From: Octopus sinensis | Taxonomy: Eukaryota | Assembly: GCF_006345805.1 (NCBI RefSeq) | Contig: NC_043021.1 | Location: 22,382,001 to 22,446,000, forward strand | Length of the DNA: 64,000 nucleotides | Reading direction: 5' to 3' | Position numbers and translations under genes: made by a program | Shown here: positions 52,343 to 64,000 of the stretch, in pieces | Position numbering within the stretch: position 1 is the first letter of the stretch | Layout of the letters: every line of letters begins with the position of its first letter | Notes under the pieces: generated by a model | The model's database searches: none | Told to the model about the DNA's origin: nothing | What the model saw: the letters and a program-made list of their open reading frames with translations, nothing else

Positions 52343-52722
52343 TTCTTTTACTCTTTTACTCATTTACTTGTTTCAGTCATTTGACTGTGGCCATGCTGGA
52401 GCACCGCCTTTAGTTGAGCAAATCAACCCCAGGACATATTCTTTGTAAGCCTAGCACTTATTCTATCGGACACTTTTGCCGAACCACTAAGTTACAGGGA
52501 CGTAAACACACCAGCATCGGTGGACAAACACAGACACACAAACATACATATATATATACGACGGGTTTCTTCCAGTATCTGTCTACCAAATCCACTCACA
52601 AGGCTTTGGTCGGCCTGAGGCTATAGTAGAATACACTTGCCCAAGGTGCCACACAGTGGGACTGAACCCAGTATCATCATGTGGCTTGTAAGCAAGCTAC
52701 TTACCACACAGCCACTCCTGCG
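52343..52722 (-). mobile_element. SINE family B, near full length
   Basis: Colinear with 51429-51830, with one short deletion. Confidence 0.9.
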
Positions 52723-53400
52723 GCTAGTTCAACGATCTTTTTGGAGTAGATTTTAAATCATCCCTACTTAACGTTTCTTTTTCCATCAAGCCTAAAAGAA
52801 GAAGTTAGCTAATAACGTGTTACAAGAATACACCGACAGGAACGCAATTTTGAAATAAGCATAGAAAACGGAACGTAGCATCGTCACACATTTAAATATA
52901 ACAGTTTATATAATCGTATACAAAGGAACAACTGTAGCTGTCTTTGATTAGGTTTGCATTAGGGATTGTTGAGACATAAATAGTTTACGAATAAATAGTT
53001 ATTCATACGTTTTGTGGAACTTAAGCCAAAAGATTAATCAATTAAATTATAAGAGGTAAGAGAGTATAACACTTTTTGTATTAGTGTCATTCATTCATTC
53101 ATTAATTAGGAAAGTCTTTTTAACAGAGGATAACTCTCCCAAGCATAAGCTTGATTTATACATATAACAAAGAAGAATTCTTGATACGTTATTTGCGAGC
53201 CAATATTTCGTGAAAAACAGTTACTGTTTTACCTTAATCTAAAATATACATTTTGTAAATGAGTCTACTAAGGTTACATACTTTTAGACAGTAAGTAAAA
53301 TCGGTAGGCACAGCTTATCAAATCATATTTCATTGTGATATTATATCATGATTGCGTATATAACTTACGTTTCTTGTCATAAAAACTCACTCTCAAATAG

Positions 53401-53875
53401 AAAAACAAAGTCGACCGTGGCATAATTTGATCTGAGAGCGTGAAGACGGACAAAATACCCATTTCTTTACTACCCAAAAGGAGCTAAACACAGAGAGGAC
53501 AAACAAGGACAGACAAACAGATTAAGTCGATTACATCGACCCTAGTGCGTAACTGGTACTTAATTTATCGACCTTGTAAGGATGAAAGGCAAAGTCGACC
53601 TCCGTGGGTTTTGAACTCACAACGTAATGGCAGACGAAATACATATTTCTTTACTACCCAAAAGGGGCTAAACAAAGAGAGGACAAAACAAGGACTGACA
53701 AACAGATTAAGTCGATTACATCAACCCTAGTGCGTAACTGTTACTTAATTTATCGACCACGAAAGGATGAAAGGCAAATTCGACCTCGGCGGAATTTGAA
53801 CTCAGAACGTAACGGCAGACGAAATGCGGCTACGAATTTCACCCGGCGTGCTAAAGCTTCTGCCAGCTTGCCGCC
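53401..53875 (-). mobile_element. SINE family C (long type): head + two 184-bp units + 56-bp partial unit
   Basis: Head 53826-53875; units 53641-53825 and 53457-53640; partial unit 53401-53456. Confidence 0.9.
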
Positions 53876-54244
53876 TTAACAACAACAATAATATAAGTAA
53901 TAATACTTTAGTATTTACTGTATGTGATTTATAATGGTATTGCATTAATTATAATGAAATTGCTGTAGGATATATAATTGCAGTTTTGTCATATCTGCAA
54001 CTTATTCTTTTACAAGATATATGCTGTTTTTGTTGTTGCTGTGGTTTCATTTTAGTTTTTCTGTTTATTGTTGTTCATGCTGGGGTTCCCTACATGTATT
54101 TCCAGCATGGTTTTGACGATTTACCGTACGAACTGTCAAAAACAGAGGAAAAACCAATTTAATCATATGATGCACACTTCATCATGTCACGACAATAAAG
54201 TATATATAAAGAAAGAAAAAAAAACAAACAGAAAGAAACTCAAT

Positions 54245-54442
54245 AATAAAATTAATAATAGTAGTATTAATAACATTAATAAAACAACCACTACCACTAC
54301 CACCAATAATAATAATAATAATAATAATAGTAATAATAATAATAATAGTAATAATAATAATAGTAATAATAATAATAGTAATAATAATAGTAATAATAAT
54401 AATATTAGTAATAATAATAATAGTAGTAGTAGTAGTAGTAAT

Positions 54443-54476
<34 letters not shown>

Positions 54477-54558
54477 GTAATAATAATAGTAATAATAATA
54501 GTAGTAATAGTAATAATAATACTAGAATAATAATAATAGTAGTAGTAGTAGTAGTAAT

Positions 54559-54589
<31 letters not shown>

Positions 54590-54658
54590 GTAATAATAAT
54601 AGTAATAATAATAGTAGTAATAGTAATAATAATACTAGTAATAATAATAATAGTATTA

Positions 54659-54695
<37 letters not shown>

Positions 54696-54730
54696 TAATA
54701 ATAATAGTAATGCTAATAATAAAACAACAA
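54245..54730. repeat. (AAT)n/(AGT)n microsatellite with higher-order duplication
   Basis: Read directly; the block containing ATATT..ACTAG repeats at ~115-bp spacing. Confidence 0.95.
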
Positions 54731-54984
54731 TAACAGCGGTACTGGTAATACCTAATAACAGTTATAAATCTGAGGAGAATGTTGCAGACAGCAGGATGTG
54801 GGGAAATTATATTAGACAAGTTTGCTGAATGCAGGATTGACGTCACGTAAAATTTATATTGAAGTAAATATACAATATAATATGCAATAACGTAATATAA
54901 AGAATATATGCACACACTCACACACACACATATTTACATCATATATATAGACATATGTATAATACATATAATATATAATATATA

Positions 54985-55049
<65 letters not shown>

Positions 55050-55692
55050 CGTATATATATATGTATATATATATATGCATATATATATATATATATATAC
55101 ATTATATATATATATTAATACACACACACACAACACACACACACACACAACATATTATATATATATATATATAATATATATATATTATAATATATATATA
55201 TATAAACAATGTGTATGGTGCATGTGTACGCTCGAGTTTGTATACATATACGTTCACACACTCAAATATTCACATGCATATACAAACAAACACACGCTTG
55301 CACACACACGCATTGTATCTAGTGCAAATATATTTGAATATGTAATTGGTAAATGCGAGGTAGAGATATATGCCGCACGATTGAGAGTTAACTTGTATAC
55401 ACACAGATATGCGGAGAGATGCACATACCCCTATGGCATCAAATGCATATATTTAGATCTACAGTAAAATACTTGGCATTCAGCATACAATATTGTGGAC
55501 TATTGTGCGGGATGATGAAAGCAGAGAATACATACACAGAGACACTCAGACACACGCATGCATAAGTATGAAAATATACGTACATATACATACATACATA
55601 CATACATACACCGACACAGACACACAGACACACAGACACACATACAGACACACACACACACATATATATATATATATGTGTGTGTATACACG

Positions 55693-55727
<35 letters not shown>

Positions 55728-56336
55728 ATATATAATATATATGTATATATATATATATATGTGTGGATATATATATATATATGTGGATATACATATATAT
55801 ATATGTATATATATATGCATATATATATATGTGGATATATATATATATGTGTGTGTGTGCGTGTGTGTGTTTATATATTCATATGCAGACAGGCACATAG
55901 AAACTAAAAACACACACACGTATGTATGCATATATTTGCAGGTATGTATGTATATTGTTGTATGTACATCAAATTAATCAATCGCAGGATTTGTTTGAAT
56001 CTAGGTATTTTAATATTTAGGGCGCCTTGAAAGACCTCAGCTCGGCATTCAGCAAATATATGCAACACAATAGATGCGTATTCGTACGAATAAACACACC
56101 ACACACACAAGTACACACACACATATTTATATAAATGTATGTGCACATAGATACATACATAGCAACAAGATCCAATGCAAAGTATAGATCCTAAACCATT
56201 CTAGGTACAGCGTTTGTATAAAATAAGATCAAAAGCGGACTGCAAAGGTTCACAAGAGCTGTTTAAGCAGCAATTTTTTTATATATAGCTGAATAGATCG
56301 ATTGCATTGATTCTATCGTAAAACAAAATCTACTCA

Positions 56337-56461
56337 CATCAGGTGAGTAAAAATGTGAGCAGCAGAACTTTGAGAGCGACTCGCTTTGTTACACATCGAC
56401 GTGTAACAAAGCGAGGAACTCGGATTCCTCTTCTACTACATTGATTTAAACTCACCCGATG
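56337..56461. repeat. Imperfect foldback with a perfect 15-bp inner stem
   Basis: CTCGCTTTGTTACAC (56380-56394) / GTGTAACAAAGCGAG (56401-56415); outer arms CATCAGGTGAGT / ACTCACCCGATG. Confidence 0.8.
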
Positions 56462-56584
56462 AAAGCTAATATGTTTCATTATGTAATCGACGTAATCGAT
56501 CAGTTCGTCAATAAAAATAAAACAGCGGTGGAGAACCTTCGGAATTCATTTTCTGTTTTTACCACACACAAACGCGCGTGCATG

Positions 56585-56594
56585 CATATATATG

Positions 56595-56633
<39 letters not shown>

Positions 56634-56646
56634 TATATATATATAT

Positions 56647-56677
<31 letters not shown>

Positions 56678-56797
56678 TATAGATATATATATATGTACAT
56701 ATATATATATATTTATATATATATATATATTGTACATATTATATATATACGTATATATATATATATATACACATATATATATGTACATCTATATATA

Positions 56798-56835
<38 letters not shown>

Positions 56836-56955
56836 TATACATATATATACATGCATATATATGAACATATGCACATACAAATATATATTTATATATATAT
56901 ATATTCACATATATACATATATATATGCATATATATATATATATTATACATATGA

Positions 56956-56990
<35 letters not shown>

Positions 56991-57150
56991 TTCATATCTA
57001 TAAGATATATATATGCATATATATATATATATATATATGTGCATTCATATCTATAAGATATATATATATATATATAGGCATATATATATATATATATATG
57101 TATACACATATACACACACACAAATATATATACACATATTATATTATAGT
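56585..57150. repeat. Long degenerate (TA)n tract
   Basis: Read directly. Confidence 0.95.
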
Positions 57151-58430
57151 ATATTACAAATCCACTAAAATCCTTGAAAAATAATTGTACTCAGTGACGC
57201 CTGACCAAAGAAGTAATTTATTTCGCCATTTAGCAAAGTGACAGAAGCACGATGTTTTAGCAATATGCGTGTGACTGTTTGAAGGCTTGCATGAGTACGC
57301 ACATTTAGAACGAAACAGGGCGCAATAAAGGTGTGATAATTAACTGTGCAGGTAATATATCCAGTGATTCGCAAATACTGAAAATGACATAAACCAACAC
57401 GGGAATGTATTATGCTTTCTCAAGTGTCGTTTCCTTAATTGTCCCCAAGATATAGCTTGTAAAATGTGTGCATGAAAGAAAAAAGTATCATTTCTCGTAT
57501 GTTACAGACCTTTTTATTCCGATTCTACACATATAAACATATATTATGGGGCCATTATGATATCATTTTGCTTCTGGGCTTATTAAATATATTTCTATAC
57601 ATATTTGTGCCGGAAATATGTTTCTCTGAAACAAAAAAATACTTTTAAAAATCCTACTTATATTCATCTTAAAATTTAGCGGGAACTAGGTTATGAAATA
57701 TATACAATTAGCTGGCACCGTGCCGTCAAAAATGACAGCTAATTGTAGTATTTCATATAAAATAGCTTACAAAATGGGAAAATACAATCAAACAATGCTT
57801 CAGCTCTGTGTGTATGTGCGTGTGTGTGTGTGTATGTGTGTGCATGAGTGCGTGTATACATATGTACACATTTATATGTATGAGTAGCACAGACTGTAGC
57901 GAACGCTGTTTTCTCTACTTTGTCCCAGCTGGCTTCCTTATTTTTAAGTTTGTCTGTTTTTATATATATCTATATATATGTGTGTAAATGTGCGTATGTC
58001 TGTAATTCTATTTTCTATGTATCTTTCTAAATAAGCATACAAAAAGCAAACTTTTACACTCGCTCAAATATATAAATAGATTTTACACAAACACGCTCAT
58101 GCATACTCACACAGATTATAAGGGCTTCTTCATTCTTGTTTCACCGTTAACATTTCACCATCCCACTTCCATCGGTGGCTCACCCCTTCCTTTCTCATTC
58201 ATATATTGTGACAGATAATAATACAGAAGAGTATTATAGTAGATTATGATTAGTGTAGAAGATACACGGCACTCTCTTTGCCACTTCCTTTCTCTCATTG
58301 CTATTACTTTCTCTAACTCCCTCCTGACTCCCAGTCATGGCTACCCCTTCACGGAATAACTATTTTCTCTTCTCTCCCTTCACCATTCACTCCTACTGCG
58401 TGATGTTTGACAAATATTGACAAATATTGA

Positions 58431-58802
58431 ACTCTTTTACTCTTTTTGACTGTGTTCATGTTGGAGCACAGCCTTTAGTCGAGCAAATCGACCCCAGTAC
58501 TTATTATTTGAAAGCCTAGTACATATTCTATTGCTAAGATACGGAGACGTAAACACACGAACATCGGTTGTCAAGCGATGTTGGTAGGACAAACACAGAC
58601 ATACAAAGATACACACACATACATACATACATACATATACATATATACGACCGGCTTCTTTCAATTTCCGTCTACCAAATCCACTTACAGGATTTTGGCC
58701 GGCCCGAAGCTATAGTAGAAGTTATTTGCCCAAGGTGCTACGCAGTGGGACTGAATCCGGAGCCATGGTAAGCAAGCAACTTACCACACAGCCACTCCTA
58801 CG
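58431..58802 (-). mobile_element. SINE family B, near full length
   Basis: Colinear with 51429-51830. Confidence 0.88.
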
Positions 58803-58809
58803 CATATGT

Positions 58810-58858
<49 letters not shown>

Positions 58859-59847
58859 GTATGCCAAAAGCTGAAAGATTGTTGAGTCCGTATGTGTCTC
58901 ACATTACTTTTGATTAAATATAATTTAGCAGTTGTTGCTTATACGAACTGGATAATTATTTCTGCACTGAAATATCTACTACTGTTAGTAGTACTACGGT
59001 GAAATATTTAGTGTTGGTTTGTGGTCGATACAAACCCTTATTCTTCCGCTAAGCCAAAAAAAAATCTCACCTAAGCCAAACATATCGCAGCAGTTTTGCG
59101 ATATTAAACTGACCCGTTGTATGAAGCACTCCATTCGTGGACGGACCGTAATAATTTGAAATTCAACAGAAAGTGTCGGAGAAAGATCACAATGCTCCCA
59201 ATATGTCGCCTTAACCGCTTCGTATCCGATAGATTTCTATGTTGAGAATCCTTCGTTTCATCATAGTCGTTATGGAATTTTTATATTGCGCATTACCTCT
59301 TTCCCGTTAGCAGGGGAGAAAATATCCATTTCTAGTTTGTAGGAAAAAAAGAATTTCCGATATTCATTTGCAAGTAAAGTATCTTGGATTCCTTTCTTTT
59401 TTCTGTTCAAATGCTCTGTGAATCCATTATGCAGTATAATATACCAGCTGTTACAGAAATATCAGAGGCAAAGCTGCCTCCGATAGCATGTGAAATTAGA
59501 ACGCCAGTAGAGTAAATAAATATTGCAAATAAATTCGTCTGATCCCATGATGCTGATTAGCAGCCCATCGTTTGCAGAAGCTGTTGATGTTGTAGTTTCA
59601 CTCTCCGTAGTTCTGATTTGAGAAGTATTACGATTAAATTCTTTCTGTCTGTAGACAAGTATTGGGCATGAGAAGTAATTTATAAAGAACCGTGTATTGA
59701 GCCGTTACTTAAGACGGTAAAAGAGGGATTTTAAATGGATTAATTGCTATTTCTAGTAGGTCAAGAGAACCGGTGGAGGGTCCGAATTTTAATGCAAAAT
59801 GTCTGTAATAACTTTTCAGTAATATCATTTTTGTTTCATTTAATGTG

Positions 59848-59881
<34 letters not shown>

Positions 59882-60612
59882 TATATATATAATATATATA
59901 TATATATTATATATATATATATATATATTTAAATGTTACTTATATCACATACGTCAGTGATTCCTGGTTAGAAGTAAACCAATGATAAGATCGACGACAG
60001 GAAATTAATGTGGAAATTTATTTTGATCTGCTCCACACGTAGCTGAAAAATACAGACAGCTCGGTAATAGAGACTCATTTCAAATACTACTGAATGTTGT
60101 GTATATAAGTAGAAATACATTCACACATACATGCACTCACAAACACCCACACATATTGACCGCAGATGATACAACGATAATACGGTCAACTGTCAGGTTG
60201 AGGGAGACGTCAATATGCCTATATACACACATATATCTCTGTGTGTATGTATGTATGTATGTATGTATGTATCTATCTATCTATCTATATATATATATAT
60301 ATATATATACACCTTTCTATCTACCTAGATGTATGTAAATATGTATGCATATATGTATGTTTGTATATATATATATATATATATTGTGACATGTATTCAT
60401 ACATACGTTTATAGATATTACACGCGGTCACTTGTATATACACACAGGCATGTACTTATTCGCACGAAGTGCCACTCAAAAGAATTTGGCTTTTAGTCTA
60501 TGCTATTTACCTGTATGTAATTTTCAATTGTGTGTCCATAAGTGATGATTATAAAATTGTAAATTACATGTATGTATAAATGTATGCATGTAAACATGGC
60601 TGTATATCTATC

Positions 60613-60655
<43 letters not shown>

Positions 60656-61403
60656 TATATATATTTGTAAGCAATTATTAACACCATGGGAATATATTTA
60701 GTAGTATGCCGATTAAAGCACTTTCACCGTGTAGGCAACCTGATGTCATTCAGAGCTATAATATATGTATCTTACAGTGTTCGTTGGGTTTATAATGAAA
60801 GACTAAAACTGAAAATGGAGGTTGCAATTATTTTTATTCAACGCAATGATCGTGTCTACCCATCCTACTTCTGTCCATTGCGGATGGGACATTGTACAAA
60901 TAGTTGTGTTGCATCCACAAGTGGAAAATGCATCGGGTGTCTCGTTCTAAGTAAGATACGCGATCAAGTATAGTCAGTCTCGCTTGTAATGCTGTTTATC
61001 CGCATTCCTGAACGAAAGCGCAATAGAGAATTGTCCAAGATTCTGACTGCTTCCTTTTCCTTAATCTACATATATATTCTTATACAAATACACACACAAA
61101 CACACACACACACAAACAAACGCACACACGCACTTATATAATTATAATAAGGTCTTAGAAAAACACGCTAAATCGCCTTACCACTAAAAAAAAATCAACC
61201 CATCAATTTCGTAGCATACATGCTATAATTTGTTATTCTAAGTCCTTATCATAACTATACGTATAATTATACCATAATCGGTCTTCTTTTTTACATGCTG
61301 ATCAATGATAAAATAAAAAAAAAAGGATTTATCCTCTATTATTGAAATAACTACAAACACACACACACACACGCACACACACACACACACACACATACAC
61401 ATA

Positions 61404-62215
61404 TGTGAGGTGGTAACAAAAGGTTCCTGATTTAATTTTTTTAACATCTTCAAAATACTCACCTTGCGTAGCAATACACGTTTCCAGCGTTTTTGCCATT
61501 TTTGGTATCCGACGTGGAGGTTGTTTACACAAAGTGAGTCGTGGGACGTCTAGGATTCGCCCTTGATATCTACAGCGGTGAGAAAACATTGAAATTTGAA
61601 CTGCAGTTTCACCGTGAGTAAGAGACAGAAGTTTGTCAATGCTAAATCTGGTAAATAGGATGGGTTCGGAAGCGGTAATATATGGTTTTGGCGGTGAGCT
61701 GGCAGAAACGTTAGCACGCCGGGCGAAGTGCTTAGCCGTATTTCGTCTGTCTTTACGTTCTGAGTTCAAATTACGCCGAGGTCAACTTCGCCTTTCATCC
61801 TTTCGGGGTCGATAAATTAAGTACCACTTACGCACTGGGGTCGATGTAATCGACTTAATCCGTTTGTCTGTCCTTGTTTGTCCTCTCTGTGTTTAGCCCC
61901 TTGTGGGTAGTAAAGAAATAGGTATTTTGTCCGTCTTCACGCTCTCAGATCAAATTATGCCACGGTCGACTTTGTTTTGGCGAGAAACTAACGTGTGACG
62001 AGAAGTCGGTGAAGTGTCCAATTCTTCGAGTTTTCAAACCTCGTCGCCTTCGCAGAATGTCCTGCTTCAAGAGCTTGAAAATGTCGCAATAGTAATTTTG
62101 TTTGACGGCCCGTATTTGGAGGGGAAAAAACTCCCGAAACACAATATGGTGAAAAAAAAAACCGATGTTTCAGGCCGGACGAGAACAAACCATCTTTCTT
62201 GAGATTAACTATCAC
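61404..62215 (-). mobile_element. Mariner transposase relic interrupted by a SINE
   Basis: Minus frames EFFP..VKQNYYCDIF..LRRRR, LPNPSYLPDLA..F and TCIATQGEYFE match mariner motifs (YSPDLAP, QGEYFE); TIR-like end at ~61404-61432. Confidence 0.8.
61690..61978 (+). mobile_element. SINE family C (long type): head + one 184-bp unit + 55-bp partial unit
   Basis: Colinear with 53401-53875 but with one unit fewer; nested in the mariner relic. Confidence 0.9.
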
Positions 62216-62469
62216 ATTATAACATTACAGCAAAACAACTGAGATATTGCGATATGATGAATGGAAGATTTCGCTCTATTCTTCATAGCAGTCTGATTTC
62301 TTCCTTCTTATTTCTTTATTGTGTAACCAGATTTTAAAGCATAAAGCTGACACCACCAATTTAACCTGTTTCAAGTGTATTATTCGTATACATTTGGAAT
62401 AAATTTATGCAGAAAAAAAATCGTCCATTTGTTCAAGTGACTACATTTTAACATAATCCATGGCAATCT

Positions 62470-63090
62470 GTTGAAATTTATCAGCGAGTGTTTGGAGATA
62501 TAGAAATTTGTGCCATAGATTTCACTAGCTGAAGATAAGACAGTATTTGTAAAAAAACAATATAACTAACTCTTCTCTTTGTCGTTTCAGACTTAAGACT
62601 TACTCTACCAAAAGATATATTACCCAAAGTATTATACCAAATTTTAGTAATAGGTATTATTTGACTGTTATATGGAACAGTCTCAACCACCACCCATAAT
62701 CCTCTTGATTTTTCGCTTTTTTGAACAGTGAGCATGTATGTAGTTTCCATTAGTAATGATGTTATTGTGGCATTATTGATTCTGATGTTATTCAGGCTAG
62801 AAACCTTTTGGAAAAGTGAGAGGAAAATTCTTTCATTTATCGATCAGGTATACTGAATGCATTTCCTGTTGAATGTGATTGCTGTGAGCCCAATACAGTT
62901 AATCTAATTATGATTTACGGTTGCTATATTGACTCGATGGTTAAGTGCCTTTTATAGGCACTTAACTACCGAACGAAGAGGATAGAATATTGTTTGTTGG
63001 ACTTATATTCAAGTGGTGGATTGTACGTTATTTCATAGTATGTGGTTCCGCCTCCTGCTTTGAGTTTTCTGGACGGTGAGGTTAACGGTT
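62470..63090 (-). pseudogene. Possible decayed FN3-repeat coding segment
   Basis: Frames read GGTTYYEITYNPP, NNATITSLLMETTYMLTV, VETVP..ISF and AQISISPNTR, resembling FN3 strands. 62604-62796 is an open 193-nt interval bounded by ttctag and gtaagt. Confidence 0.33.
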
Positions 63091-63264
63091 AAAACTTGGC
63101 TTTTATTTGATTTCGTCTAATCATTTGTGCTATTTGACTTTTGGTGCGATAAACCTTTTTGTATAGGTACCACGCAAAAACAGGTATACGCGCGCGCGCG
63201 TGTGTGTGTGTGTAAGTGTGTGTCAATGTATTCACGTACACTTGTGTGTGTGTGTGCAACTGCA

Positions 63265-63422
63265 CTTTTATCTTTTATTCTATTACTAGTTTCAATTTCT
63301 TGACTGCGGTCATGCTTCGGCACCTCCCTGAAGGTATTTAATCAACCTAATCGATATATAGTCTTATTTTTTGTTACTTAGCACTTATTCTATCGCTCTC
63401 TTTTTTTTCAAAACCGCTAAGT
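63265..63422 (-). mobile_element. SINE family B 3' fragment
   Basis: gactgcggtcatgcttcggcacc..cacttattctatcg..aaccgctaagt matches the family B tail; truncated at the PLE junction. Confidence 0.6.
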
Positions 63423-63766
63423 CCAAAGAAGTTTGTAGATTTAGCCCACAAACAAACTGTAAAGCCAGAAATGTAGTCTATAGTATAAGATGTATAGAGG
63501 GACGATGCAGTAACAAGACAACGGCATACGTAGGGGAAACGGCAAGAAGCATAGGAGAGCGAGTAAATGGGCATTGGAGACAACTCAAGGAAGGGAAAAG
63601 CTCATCGATTCTGTACCAACATGCCGAACAGGAACACGGGGGATCAATCAACAACATAGAAATTAAAATATTGTCCTCACATAGAACAGATGCAACAATC
63701 AGACAAATTACAGAAGCTACACACATAATAGAAAATAAACCTAGCCTAAATAGAAAACTAAAATAG
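63423..63766 (+). mobile_element. 5'-truncated Penelope-like element: GIY-YIG endonuclease domain
   Basis: Open frame CKARNVVYSIRC..AYVGETARSIGERVNGH..LYQHAEQEH..IKILSS..RQITEATHI..KPSLN has the GIY/YIG motifs and the conserved R, H, E and N. The ORF-track start at 63371 lies in the SINE and is spurious. Confidence 0.85.
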
Positions 63767-64000
63767 AACACTAGCACACACCACAATATATGACGGTAGA
63801 GGATCCCGAAAACATAATAAATATACAGATAAATAAACAAATAGAAATAAATAAATATATTATTATTATTATTATTACTAGTATTGTTGTTATACATAAA
63901 TACATGCATACAAGCATATGTAATGATAATAACAAGTGGATGTAAACACATGAACACAATAAGAATAAAAAACCAACAACAATAAAAACAAATTACATGA

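Noticed and set aside
53401-53875. Regularly spaced repeats suggestive of a CRISPR array
   Set aside because: These are contiguous 184-bp SINE units without unique spacers, in a eukaryotic context.
61685-61983. Apparent 9-bp TSD GTTTTGGCG around the SINE
   Set aside because: GTTTT is part of the element's own end (also at 53401) and GGCG is its start, so the duplication is largely coincidental.

Overview
AT-rich, microsatellite-dense animal DNA, most likely octopus (inferred from three tRNA-derived SINE families of the octopus type; not verified by search). I find no intact host protein-coding gene. Most ORFs in the track are translations of (TA)n, (CA)n, (GATA)n and (AAT)n repeats. The main features are: (1) a 4.8-kb 5'-truncated Tx1/L1-clade LINE on the minus strand (14970-19732; CCHC ORF1, APE-RT-zinc finger ORF2) with both ends in (GATA)n, plus a second 3'UTR-only copy in the same array, which suggests a (GATA)n-targeting retrotransposon; (2) many Penelope-like (PLE) remnants, including GIY-YIG and RT fragments and two families of short elements carrying hammerhead-ribozyme-like motifs, mostly in (TA)n; (3) about 20 SINE copies, including a chimeric copy and copies with a variable number of internal 184-bp units; (4) pogo, Tc1, mariner, MITE and Helitron relics; (5) weak, by-eye evidence for decayed Ig/FN3-like coding segments, all on the minus strand. 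There is a 100-N gap at 21042-21141. The indel pattern suggests residual long-read error inside repeats.
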